Translations under genes and position numbers: made by a program
Notes under the pieces: generated by a model
What the model was told of the DNA's origin: nothing
The model's database searches: none
What the model saw: the letters and a program-made list of their open reading frames with translations, nothing else
Origin: Promethearchaeota archaeon
Lineage (GTDB): Archaea > Asgardarchaeota > Lokiarchaeia > Sigyniarchaeales > SOKP01
DNA: 64,000 bases
Reading direction: 5' to 3'
Assembly (NCBI GenBank): GCA_048940645.1
Contig: JBHLOI010000013.1
Span: 1,602 to 65,601, forward strand
Shown here: in pieces, positions 29,751 through 42,087 of the stretch
How positions within the stretch are numbered: the first letter of the stretch is position 1
Layout of the letters: every line of letters begins with the position of its first letter

Positions 29751-30521
29751 TTAAGCTCTACCGTACTTCCTGAACAATAAGATTCCTGCGATAACTAATA
29801 CAAGGCTGAACATTATAAGAACAATCAAATCAGCCCAAATCCTTAAATCATTCAGAGCGGCACCACTAAAGAGAAGAGTTAAAGAATCAGACGCATAATG
29901 CAATGGCATGAACATACTAACTACCCTAGTCTCAGGGGGTAAAGGGTATAAATTGGCAGCAAGCATCTGTTGCGGAAGGAGGAAAATCCAAACAATTCCT
30001 CCCGCGGCTTTAGCGCTTTTTGAGACAGTTGCAGTTATCAATCCGAAGCCAATGGTGGACAAGGAGAAAATGACCATGATTATAAACGAAAGGATTACCC
30101 CCATAGGTGATATATTCCTCATCCCCCCCATTAGAAAAGTTAGAATGAAAATTATTGCTACTTGAATGATTGCCATACACATATTAGATATTATGTGACT
30201 TCCCATAAATTCTGTAGCGGTTGTAGGCGTCGTGTTAATTCTTTTTAACAAACCTTGTTCTCGATCTTCTGTAAACGATAGAGCAACAGGTATCGCCATA
30301 AAAAGTCCGCTAAGGGCAATGAATCCGGGAACAAGGAATTCAAAAATAGTTCCATCTTGTCCTGTCCAACCATAGTCTTCTACATATGTCCCTCCAAACG
30401 CAAACCCAAATATCAATATTAGTGCTACAGGGAGTAGTAGTACTATAAACAATGCTGTTGGTACCTTGATAAGGCTTTTAAATTGTATTTTCACGAACGC
30501 AAAAATTCTTTGTCGTTTCAT
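29751..30521 (-). CDS. ABC-2 type exporter permease
   Basis: Six TM segments, FLVPG, EDREQGLLKRINTTP, MPLHYA. Confidence 0.9.
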   Translation of the reverse strand: MKRQRIFAFVKIQFKSLIKVPTALFIVLLLPVALILIFGFAFGGTYVEDYGWTGQDGTIFEFLVPGFIALSGLFMAIPVALSFTEDREQGLLKRINTTPTTATEFMGSHIISNMCMAIIQVAIIFILTFLMGGMRNISPMGVILSFIIMVIFSLSTIGFGLITATVSKSAKAAGGIVWIFLLPQQMLAANLYPLPPETRVVSMFMPLHYASDSLTLLFSGAALNDLRIWADLIVLIMFSLVLVIAGILLFRKYGRA

Positions 30522-30523
30522 TT

Positions 30524-31342
30524 TTATAACCCCTCCATAATTCTTCTTCCCGTGATTTGCAAAAATACTCCCTCTAAATCTTTGGCATTGTGTTTCTCGA
30601 TTAATTCCTTTGGTGTTCCTATTGCAACTAATTTGCCGAAATCGATTATTGCAACTCTATCGCAAAGCGCTTCAGCTTCTTCGATATAATGTGTTGTTAA
30701 GACAACTGTCTTATTATTTTCCTTTAAAGAATTAATAAATTCCCAGGTTGTTCGTCTGACGCGTGCATCCATCCCAACCGTTGGCTCATCCAAAAACAAA
30801 ATGGGAGGATCGCTTATCAAGGCTACAATAAGATTTAATTGTCTTAGCATTCCCCCACTATACTTCTTTGCTGCTCTATTACTGGCTTTTGTCAAGCCTA
30901 ATAAATCCAGAAATCTCTCCATCCTTTGGTTTATAACCTCTTTTTTCATTAGATGTAAATTCCCGAAAAGCTCAATATTCTCTTTTGCATTTAGATATTG
31001 ATAGACTGAGGCTTGTTGAGGACACACACCAATTAACTCTTTGATCTTGCTTAGGTTTTTCTTAACATTATAACCTCCTACATAAGCGTCTCCTTCGGTT
31101 TGCTCTAGCAAACCACACAGGATATTTATTGTAGTTGTTTTACCCGCTCCATTTGGTCCTAAAAGACCAAAAAGCTCTCCCTTGCTTATTGAAAACGATA
31201 TTCCATCAACAGCCCTAACTTCCTCTATCACCTTCTTACCCGAGTAAATCTTTACTAAATTCTTGACTTCAATAGCGTTCGGATTATCGGAACCAAATAT
31301 AAATTCATTGCTAGTTTGGTCTATATTTTCTGATTTAGACAT
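30524..31342 (-). CDS. ABC exporter ATP-binding protein (DrrA-like)
   Basis: Walker A GPNGAGKTT, signature YSGGM, Walker B LFLDEPT, TTHYIEEAE. Confidence 0.93.
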   Translation of the reverse strand: MSKSENIDQTSNEFIFGSDNPNAIEVKNLVKIYSGKKVIEEVRAVDGISFSISKGELFGLLGPNGAGKTTTINILCGLLEQTEGDAYVGGYNVKKNLSKIKELIGVCPQQASVYQYLNAKENIELFGNLHLMKKEVINQRMERFLDLLGLTKASNRAAKKYSGGMLRQLNLIVALISDPPILFLDEPTVGMDARVRRTTWEFINSLKENNKTVVLTTHYIEEAEALCDRVAIIDFGKLVAIGTPKELIEKHNAKDLEGVFLQITGRRIMEGL

Positions 31343-31842
31343 TGTTGTTAAATCACACTTCTTATTTTATGTTTTTATTTAATTAATAATTTATTTTCCT
31401 TTTTTTATATAAATCTTCTTTATTTTAAATAATCTATATGTATTTTTCATTAGATTTTGAAATCTATTTTTATAATATGGTCCAATCGTGTTACACGGCT
31501 CTATTCTTAATCAAAAATTCTATAAAGTCATTAGAGTAATTTTTAAGGAGCTCCATCCTCTAATATTAATTTTTTTGTGTTGAACTCTCTAATTAATCTC
31601 CCCATATATGGGATGGTCGTTGTAAATAAAGACGCTCTGAGAAATCGAAAATCATTCGATTTCTACGAAGAAATAAAAGAAGAACTCAATAAATAATATA
31701 AACAAATATTTTTCCTATTATTTTTTTTTCAATTAATCTTCAATTATAAATGGCTAGGAAGGCTTTTTAAGTAAATATAATATTTTAATAAATATAATTT
31801 AACTTTTTGGCTAATTAACCATTACCATCCAGAATAATAAAA

Positions 31843-32838
31843 ATGTATTTTTATTGGGCGTTAATTGCTCCAATTTTACCAGCGTTAGCAATATTTTTAA
31901 GTGCAGTTTTAATTAAAGAGAAGAAAAGACTTAGGCTAATATTATTAAGAATATTATGTGTCTTTAACATATATATTTCTTTTAACCTTATTAATATATT
32001 TCGAAGAGATTATAATGGAGATCTTTCCATATTTCCCTTAAGTAATTATATTGCATACATCATAATAATAAATGCTGTATTTCTATCGGTTTCTCTTTTA
32101 GTCCTAATGAAATTAGATGCAGTTAAAGAAAATCGCTTCATAATAAGTGTTCAATCTTTTTTCTGTAAATTAAAAAAAAATATATTTATGCTTGAGAAAG
32201 CTACTGATAAGCTTCTATCAATTCTCTTACTTCTTTGTCTACTTTTTATAGTGGGTTTTTTAAGTATTTACATTCACGAATTTGGTCACGCTATGGCAGA
32301 TGTTTTAGTTGGGACGTACTATAAAGAAATCAGAATTTACAGTTTTTTCCAAGGTTGGGCCGCTGGGCATCTACTGGGGACTGATGTATTTCTTCTTCTT
32401 AAAGCTAATATAATATCATTCGGGGGTTTAGTTGCAGAGTCTTTGTTTGCGTCAATTTCATTACTTTTTATCTTACAGAAAAAAGAAAAAAATAGTTTCA
32501 CATGGCTTTTATCGATTGTAATTTCAATGCTTTTTTTAAATCGAGTGCTGCTTTATTTCACGTTTCCTCAATTTTTCAATATAAATAGTGATGTACTATC
32601 ACTTGTGAATTCAGGATGGGATCCTTGGATTGTTTTCTTCATTTTCTTTCCATTCTTAATCGTAACACTCGTGCTCACATTAAAGTTGATATCAGGATTT
32701 TACAAAACTAGTTTAGGGAGCAAAAAGAAATTTCTAATTATTTATTTCTTTAGTTTAATAATCTATATAGTTATTTTAAATGTATTAAAAGTGATTCATG
32801 AATTTATTACTCCATTAGTTTGGTTTAGTTTTTATTGA
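31843..32838 (+). CDS. Polytopic membrane protein with HExxH motif (M50-like metalloprotease)
   Basis: TM-embedded IHEFGH, ISFGGLVAE, and NSD as possible third ligand. Confidence 0.7.
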   Translation: MYFYWALIAPILPALAIFLSAVLIKEKKRLRLILLRILCVFNIYISFNLINIFRRDYNGDLSIFPLSNYIAYIIIINAVFLSVSLLVLMKLDAVKENRFIISVQSFFCKLKKNIFMLEKATDKLLSILLLLCLLFIVGFLSIYIHEFGHAMADVLVGTYYKEIRIYSFFQGWAAGHLLGTDVFLLLKANIISFGGLVAESLFASISLLFILQKKEKNSFTWLLSIVISMLFLNRVLLYFTFPQFFNINSDVLSLVNSGWDPWIVFFIFFPFLIVTLVLTLKLISGFYKTSLGSKKKFLIIYFFSLIIYIVILNVLKVIHEFITPLVWFSFY

Positions 32839-32882
32839 AGTAAAATAAATAATTATTCTATAAAGTAAAGATAAGAGTAGTT

Positions 32883-34511
32883 TTATTCTTTTATTAATGG
32901 TAATGAGAAATAAAAATTAGATCCTTTACTTCTACCTTCTGATTCCATCCAAATTTCTCCATCGTGTAATTTAATAATTTTTTTTGAGATATATAATCCT
33001 AAACCTGATCCTTCTGAAATAACATCTAGACCTTGACCAAATCGTTCAATCTTTCCAAATTGTTTAAATATTTGACCTTTTTCTTCTTCAGTGAAACCAA
33101 TTCCATCATCTTTTATTGAAATTATTACAAATTCATCTTTTATTTTAGATTGAATTTCGATTCTTCCAAATGGAGGTGTAAACTTAATAGCATTACTTAA
33201 TATATTGCTTAGTACTTGATGTATTTTCTCTTTTTCAAAATAAAATACCAATGTATCATGAATTTTTAAATCAATGCTATGATTTCTTAATTTTGAAAGC
33301 CCACTTAATTCATTAATGCAATGTTTAATTAACAAAATTAAATCTCCTTCTGATTTTTTCAACTGCATTTTACCTGATTCTAATTCAGCAGTTTTTAATA
33401 TATCATTTATTAGATTATCAAGTCGTACACAACCCTCCCTAATTCTATTTAATGTACCTATTACATAATCATTGAGTTTATCTTTGTGCAACTCTAATAA
33501 TAAATCAGAAAAACCCTTTATAGACACTAAAGGGGTTTTTAACTCGTGAGAAGTTCTTCTGAGTAATTCAGTTTTTATCTGATTTAATTTGATTAATTCT
33601 TGTTGTGCATTTATTTGTTCAGTTATATCCCTAACGATAGCTTGAATCCAATACTCACTTTTTATTAAAACTCTATTTAAAGATACCTCAGCATCAAAAA
33701 GTGTGTTATCTTTTTTGTTATGCTTCCAGTAGAATCGAAGAGATGGTCCTTTCAATGTTTTATCCATGAGTTCAATTGCTCTTTCTTTAGAATTAGCTCC
33801 ATTTGGTTGATTAGGTGGAGAGAATTCCCAAGGATAAAATCCGATGATATCATTTTCATTTTTGCAGCCAAAGATCTCTAAAGTCATCTTATTACATTCC
33901 ATAAATTTATAACTATTGATAAGAAATATTGCATCATTGGCTCCATCAAATAGCATTCTATACTTTTCTTCAGATTCTTTTAATGCTTCTTCTGCTGTTA
34001 TCCGATCGGTAATATCTTGAACAATTGCCTGAATTAATACTTTATCTTTTAAATGAATTGTCGAACTCTGCCAATTAAGCCACCTCATTTGACCATCTTG
34101 TCTTACTAACCTAACATCAACAGGTTTGAGCTTCTCTCCTTCTGTTCGATCTTTAGATCTTTTCATAAATATTTGTAAAAGTTCATCTGAATTTTTAAAT
34201 AAATCTATGATATCAGTAAAATTCTTTCCGTAACTAAAACTCGAAGGATATCCCGAGAACGCATTAGAGGCGGATGTATTACCCTCAATTAAATTTCCTT
34301 TTTCATCAAATAAGAAAATACCAAGAGGAGAGTTATGAAATAAATCTCGGTATTTTTCTTCTGATTCTTTAATTTTCTCAATCCTTTCCTCAACTTTTTT
34401 TTCTAATAATAAGGTGATTTCTTGAAAATCTTTTTTTGGATTTCTTAAAAGACTCTTCAATTTTTCTGATTCGGATGAGGAAAAAACATTTGGAGTTAAC
34501 ATAATAATCAT
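32883..34511 (-). CDS. Two-PAS sensor histidine kinase
   Basis: ESEEKYR-PAS twice, SHELKTPL, NILSNAIKFT, DDGIG, GSGLGL. Confidence 0.92.
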   Translation of the reverse strand: MIIMLTPNVFSSSESEKLKSLLRNPKKDFQEITLLLEKKVEERIEKIKESEEKYRDLFHNSPLGIFLFDEKGNLIEGNTSASNAFSGYPSSFSYGKNFTDIIDLFKNSDELLQIFMKRSKDRTEGEKLKPVDVRLVRQDGQMRWLNWQSSTIHLKDKVLIQAIVQDITDRITAEEALKESEEKYRMLFDGANDAIFLINSYKFMECNKMTLEIFGCKNENDIIGFYPWEFSPPNQPNGANSKERAIELMDKTLKGPSLRFYWKHNKKDNTLFDAEVSLNRVLIKSEYWIQAIVRDITEQINAQQELIKLNQIKTELLRRTSHELKTPLVSIKGFSDLLLELHKDKLNDYVIGTLNRIREGCVRLDNLINDILKTAELESGKMQLKKSEGDLILLIKHCINELSGLSKLRNHSIDLKIHDTLVFYFEKEKIHQVLSNILSNAIKFTPPFGRIEIQSKIKDEFVIISIKDDGIGFTEEEKGQIFKQFGKIERFGQGLDVISEGSGLGLYISKKIIKLHDGEIWMESEGRSKGSNFYFSLPLIKE

Positions 34512-34673
34512 CTAAGTAAGCTAAAATTTGATAAATACTAAAAGAATTTTTTACGTTGAATAAAATAGTGAAATTTATTTTTAAAGATTAGCATTTAAGC
34601 AATATGATAAAAATAGCTCAAATTTTTTGGTAAAGGCAATCTTTAATAAATTTTTCCTTACTTTTGTAAGGTT

Positions 34674-34723
34674 TTATATATAGTTCCAAGACTTAAAGTT
34701 ATATATAGTTCCAAGACTTAAAG
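34674..34723. repeat. Perfect 25-bp tandem direct repeat
   Basis: TTATATATAGTTCCAAGACTTAAAG at 34674-34698 and 34699-34723. Confidence 0.95.
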
Positions 34724-34997
34724 TCTTTTAATTCTTGGTAAATTTGATCAGCAGTAGGATGATCTTCTCTTGTTAATATGAATTTATAAATTGCTAAACG
34801 CTGAGTAGTAACTTTATATCCATTTTTTCGAAAGAGAGCAAATAATTCGTGATCATCCACGAAAAAAGTTAACCAATAATAACAATCAATAATGACTATT
34901 AGTACTCAATTAGATTCAATCAAACCTTAAGTAAGAAGGAATAAAATGGTGAAAAAAAAATTGTTAAAATTTAACTACCTCAGGGAGTATTAAGCTA

Positions 34998-37277
<2,280 letters not shown>

Positions 37278-37314
37278 TCATATTATCAGAAAGATTCATT
37301 AATAACCACTATCA

Positions 37315-37327
37315 AATAGTAACTATT
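37315..37327. promoter_or_regulatory. Candidate Fur/PerR operator (6-1-6 inverted repeat)
   Basis: AATAGT-A-ACTATT between divergent katG and fur; related half-site AATAGTAGCT at ~37357. Confidence 0.4.
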
Positions 37328-37402
37328 ATTAATATAAATTGTGTTTTATTTTCATAAATAGTAGCTTTTAAAATTATTCATCATAATAACTCGGTGATTT
37401 AA

Positions 37403-37834
37403 TTGGATACTCATAATATAATCAATTTTTTAAGAGAAAAAGGACTTAAGGTAACTTCTCAACGCTTAGCTATATGTTCTTTTATTTTATCTCGAAAAGA
37501 TCATCCTACAGCTGAACAAATTTTCCAAGAATTAAGAGATGAGTATCCAACGATAAGTTTGGGAACGATATATAAGACTTTACACTTATTAAAAGATTTA
37601 GGATTAATACAAGAGCTAGGTTTCAACGAGGGAAGCATAAGATATGATCCAGATATGGAATTCCACATAAATGTGGTTTGTTCTAAATGTGGAAAAATTT
37701 ATGATTATAAGACTGAAAATGTAAAGAATTTATGGCACTTAATTCTATCTGAATTGAAAATTAAACCTACGGGTCAACGTATAGATGTTTATTATGAATG
37801 TGATGACTGTAAAAACACAAATTCTAATTCATAA
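37403..37834 (+). CDS. Fur/PerR-family transcriptional regulator
   Basis: GLKVTSQR, HPTAEQI, ISLGTIYKTL, RYD, CSKCG and CDDC; divergent from katG. Confidence 0.92.
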   Translation: MDTHNIINFLREKGLKVTSQRLAICSFILSRKDHPTAEQIFQELRDEYPTISLGTIYKTLHLLKDLGLIQELGFNEGSIRYDPDMEFHINVVCSKCGKIYDYKTENVKNLWHLILSELKIKPTGQRIDVYYECDDCKNTNSNS

Positions 37835-37892
37835 TATAAATTAAAATAATGAAAAAATTCGTTAAGGCATTATATTTCATATCAGGAATGAT

Positions 37893-39113
37893 GTGCTTAA
37901 TTTTTGGAGTTATTGGAATAATTTGCAGGCACGTGAACGAATATTAAAGACAATAGAAAATGAGGAACCTGATCGCGTTCCTTCATTTGAAACATCTGTT
38001 GATAACCTTCAAGTGTGTAAGTATTTTGGAGAAAAATACTTTATTGATGAAGTTGTTAAGATGCAGAAATTCTGCTTTAATTTATGTTTTAGCAGTCAGA
38101 AAATATTTACAAAGTTCATGAATTTCATCTCCAAAAAGGATTTTGCTATCAAAAGAGCTATAGAACCATGGATAAAATTATACACCAAAATAGGTTTTGA
38201 TATGGTAACTACAGCGCTATGTCATCATCCTCTAATATTTAAAAAAGATGGTTGGATTGATGAATTTGGGAGGATATTAACATTTAAAAGGAATCCAAAA
38301 GACAATATGGCTTTACTTTATTATACTGGAGGGCTATTTAAGAATTTTGATGATTATCAACAATTTCCGCCATTAGATCCTGATAATATCTTAAGGGAAA
38401 AAATGTTTAAAACTTCAAAAAAGATAGAATCAGATATGAAGGGAAAAATTTTCGTGGTACCCTATATAAATGGAATAATGGAGGCTACTTGGGAGGGTTT
38501 TGGATTAGAAAACTTTAGTAAATTGCTAGCTAAAACAAAACAAGTTAAACAGGTTTTTGATGACCGTGGTAATCTAGCAGTAGAATTAACAAAAAGAATT
38601 ATTGATTGGGGAGAAAACGGAGCAATATATATAACTGATGATTACGGCTATAAACAAGGTTTATTCATGAGTCCGAAAGATTATAGAACTTATGTTATAC
38701 CCTGGATTAACCGGATTTGTAAGGCTGCCCATAAAGCGAGTTTAAAAGTAATTCTACATAGTTGTGGTGACATTTTTCAAATTTTTGAAGATCTTGTAAA
38801 AGCTGGAATAGATGTGATTAATCCTATTGAACCCACGACGGCAAATCCGGAGTACAATATTTTCAAATTACATGAAAAGTTTGGAGATAAAGTTACTTTT
38901 TGTGGAAACCTAAGCCCTCAAATGTTAGCAACAGGAGAAATCTCTGAAGTAGAATCTTATGCAAAAAGCCTAATTCAAGAGCTTGCGCCTGGGGGTGGCT
39001 ATATTTTTTCATCAGGGCATAGTATTAACCCCGCTGTAAAATTAGAAAACTTTCTTGCAATGAGAATGATTTTAGAAAAATTTGGAAATTATCCAATAAA
39101 TATAAATCAATAA
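37893..39113 (+). CDS. Uroporphyrinogen decarboxylase / MtaA-CmuA superfamily protein
   Basis: EEPDRVP, DEFGR, DDYGYKQGLFMSP, LHSCG, GNLS, GGGYIFSSGHSI. Confidence 0.85.
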   Translation: MLNFWSYWNNLQARERILKTIENEEPDRVPSFETSVDNLQVCKYFGEKYFIDEVVKMQKFCFNLCFSSQKIFTKFMNFISKKDFAIKRAIEPWIKLYTKIGFDMVTTALCHHPLIFKKDGWIDEFGRILTFKRNPKDNMALLYYTGGLFKNFDDYQQFPPLDPDNILREKMFKTSKKIESDMKGKIFVVPYINGIMEATWEGFGLENFSKLLAKTKQVKQVFDDRGNLAVELTKRIIDWGENGAIYITDDYGYKQGLFMSPKDYRTYVIPWINRICKAAHKASLKVILHSCGDIFQIFEDLVKAGIDVINPIEPTTANPEYNIFKLHEKFGDKVTFCGNLSPQMLATGEISEVESYAKSLIQELAPGGGYIFSSGHSINPAVKLENFLAMRMILEKFGNYPININQ

Positions 39114-39201
39114 TAACAAAGAAACCTAATTTATTTGATTCCTTACTTCTAAAAGGAATTATCTTATATATTAAAAGCTCTTAAAGGATCTATAAAATTA
39201 A

Positions 39202-39951
39202 TTGGTAATCAAAATGAGCCAGAAATCATATAAATTTATTAAATTAGAGAAGAAAGGAAAGGTATGCATTCTTAAATTAGATCGTCCCGAAAAGAAAAAT
39301 GCTATGAATCTGGAGATGCGTACCGAAATTATTACGGCATTAAATGATTTAAAGTTAGATAAGCGAGTTAAAAGTGTGATTTTTTATGGTGGTAAAGAAT
39401 TTTTCTCAGCAGGTTTTGATAGAGATGAAGTTTTGGCTGTAGTTCAGAGTAAAGAAAATCTTGATCAGTTTATAGAAAGTAATCATAATTTCCACCAGAC
39501 AATTTTAGATTATCCTAAATTATTAATTGCAGCCATTAATGGTTTTGCTTTAGCAGGAGCTTTTGATTTGGCTATTATTTGCCATCTACGTATTGCCTCT
39601 AAAAATGCTATATTTGGCCATCCAGAAATCAGGTTTGGCGCTTGTCCGCTATTTTTTCCTTACATGGCAATCGTAGGACGTGGAAAAGCTTTAGAAATAG
39701 CACTAAATACTGGAACAAGAGATACATTTCTTTCGGGTACTGAAGCTTATAGGTTAAACTTGGTGAATAAATTAGTAGAACCTGAAGAAGTACTTATTGA
39801 AGCCATTAAAATGACCAAACAAATATTACAATCCCCAGAATTAGCTATAACCCAACTGATCAAGGTTAGTAATACTTTTTTCAATCAAGTAAAAATATTC
39901 GATTCTGAAATTGACACAATAATAGGGACTGTAGAGACTTCAAAAGCATAA
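39202..39951 (+). CDS. Enoyl-CoA hydratase/isomerase family protein
   Basis: LDRPEKKNAM, FSAGFD, IAAINGFALAG, FGHPEIRFG. Confidence 0.88.
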   Translation: MVIKMSQKSYKFIKLEKKGKVCILKLDRPEKKNAMNLEMRTEIITALNDLKLDKRVKSVIFYGGKEFFSAGFDRDEVLAVVQSKENLDQFIESNHNFHQTILDYPKLLIAAINGFALAGAFDLAIICHLRIASKNAIFGHPEIRFGACPLFFPYMAIVGRGKALEIALNTGTRDTFLSGTEAYRLNLVNKLVEPEEVLIEAIKMTKQILQSPELAITQLIKVSNTFFNQVKIFDSEIDTIIGTVETSKA

Positions 39952-40373
39952 ATTTTATTCTTTTTTATTTCATCTTAAAGTAGCTCAGTTTTGTCTCGTA
40001 TACTAGATATATTTAATTTGGAATCTTTAATGAAAATACCGTCTTAGAATAACAATACAATTCAATAAGTACAAGTTATATTTAAGATTTGTCAAAATTG
40101 TCAAAGAAAATTAGTCTAAAAAATAGTTGACCAATTCTTAACCCCAAAACCTAAAAATAAATAAGGTATGCATTTTTTTCCTATAGGAAAATAAGAAAGT
40201 TTTTCAAATTGGGTTATACTTTAAATATTTCAATTCTAAAATTATAAGTCCTTTTGCGAAAAATTTTTCCGATTTTTAGATCTATAGATAATATATATGA
40301 GATACAATTAATAATGGATTTAATAAATTGGAATTAAAATTAGAATTAAATTATAAATTAGTGTATAATACTT

Positions 40374-40763
40374 ATGCCAAAAATGAAAAAACGTCAATAT
40401 AAAAAAGGTAAAAAAAGATCAGGGTCAAATGAACAACCTGAAGTATCCCGTGTAAAAATGCCCCATAGAAGAAATGGAGAAATGTTTGCTCGAGTTACAG
40501 ATATCTATGGGCAAGAAAGAATGGGGGTTTATTGCGAAGATGGAAAACATCGTATGGGAAGAATTAGAGGTAAGATTAAAAAGAGAGTATGGATAAGAAA
40601 AGGTGATTTAGTCATTGTCAATCCTTGGGAGTTTGAAACCGAACTTAAAGGTCAAAAAGAAAAGTGTGAGATCTCTTGGAGATATTTAAAACACGAAATT
40701 ACTTGGTTAAACCGTAGGGATAAAATTCCTGAGAATTTAGATCTGAATAGTATCTCTCTTTAA
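40374..40763 (+). CDS. eif1a: Translation initiation factor aIF-1A
   Basis: GEMFARV, CEDGKHRMGRIRGKIKKRVWIRKGDLVIVNPWEF. Confidence 0.93.
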   Translation: MPKMKKRQYKKGKKRSGSNEQPEVSRVKMPHRRNGEMFARVTDIYGQERMGVYCEDGKHRMGRIRGKIKKRVWIRKGDLVIVNPWEFETELKGQKEKCEISWRYLKHEITWLNRRDKIPENLDLNSISL

Positions 40764-40946
40764 AAATTTTTTTCTAAAATTAAATATTTTTTATACTTTC
40801 AAATTAACTTATCTATAAAATATCTAAAAAAATTAATTAAAAAAAAGATAAGGTTCGATAACAATTGTAAAAAGTTCTTTTTACTAAAAATTATTTACTA
40901 CTTATGTTTATTTGTTCTTATGTGGGATTTATTGCCCTGATCTAGC

Positions 40947-41207
40947 TTAAATACGATAACCTCGGCTGTATTCGGATTTAGGGGCTTTTTCAGTAACCAC
41001 TACCTCACTAGCCTGTGGACCTTTTTGCCCTTCAACAATTTCAAATTCAACTTTATCATTTTCGTTGAGGGTTTTATATTCCTCATCACGCCCACTTAAC
41101 GCGGTATAATGTACAAATACATCAGTTCCCTCTTCAGAACTTATAAATCCATAACCTTTACGGCTATTAAACCATTTTACTGTTCCTTTTACCAATTTTA
41201 AAACCAA
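40947..41207 (-). CDS. cspA: Cold-shock domain protein
   Basis: GTVKWFN, RNP1 KGYGFI, RNP2 VFVHY, GQKGPQA; TTG start (alternative TTG 12 nt downstream). Confidence 0.93.
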   Translation of the reverse strand: MVLKLVKGTVKWFNSRKGYGFISSEEGTDVFVHYTALSGRDEEYKTLNENDKVEFEIVEGQKGPQASEVVVTEKAPKSEYSRGYRI

Positions 41208-41459
41208 ATTTCCAATTTTTAAATAAATCTTTCCTTAAGAAAGATATTTATTCTAAGTATTCAAATGTAATAAATTTTGGGTTTATTAGTTTTTCCAGAA
41301 TAAGATTATTTGAAAAAAACAATTAGAGGGATCCCATTTTCATAATAATAATAAAAAAATGATAAGTTTTGATAATAATCGTAAAAAAGATTTTACTACT
41401 TATTATTTGCTACTTATTTTTATTTTTTACTTTTTCTTTCTTTATAATACAAAATAGAT

Positions 41460-41720
41460 TTAATAGAACCTATTTTGTGATTTAAATTGTTGAGGTGCCT
41501 TTTCAGTAACAACTACGTTACTCGCTTGTGGACCTTTTTGACCTTCGGTAATATCAAATTCAACCTTGTCGTTTTCATTTAATGATTTGAATTCATCACC
41601 CTCTGCTTGTATTGCTGAGAAGTGGACAAATACATCAGTTCCTTCCTCAGAGGTTATGAATCCATAGCCTTTACGGCTATTAAACCATTTTACTGTTCCT
41701 TTTACCAATTTTAAAACCAA
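41460..41720 (-). CDS. cspA: Cold-shock domain protein (tandem paralog)
   Basis: GTVKWFN, KGYGFI, VFVHFS, GQKGPQA; 5' end nearly identical to the downstream paralog. Confidence 0.93.
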   Translation of the reverse strand: MVLKLVKGTVKWFNSRKGYGFITSEEGTDVFVHFSAIQAEGDEFKSLNENDKVEFDITEGQKGPQASNVVVTEKAPQQFKSQNRFY

Positions 41721-42087
41721 ATTTCTACTTATTTTATAAATTTATTAAAGTTCTAATAGAACTATTTTTAAAAAGGATTTAATGCAATTAAATTTTTACT
41801 TTTATAGGATATAAAAAAATTAGTTCCTTGCGGAGAAATTACAAGCGATTAAAAATTTAAACTTTAATTTGAGTTCAATCTTGTTCCTCAGAAGAAGATT
41901 ACTATTTTTCCCTCAACACTTCTTCAACAGCTTTTATTAAAATTTCCTCTCTTCATTCTAAAAGTTAGGATTTTTCATGTTTGTTTTCATATTTTCAACT
42001 ATTATATCTGCAGTTTTATTTGCTTTTTTCCCTTTTTTTTTCTTAAAATAACTAAACAAATTTATTTTTATATAATTTCTATAATAT

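Noticed and set aside
34674-34723. Possible mini CRISPR array
   Set aside because: Two copies abut with no spacer, and there are no cas genes in the window.
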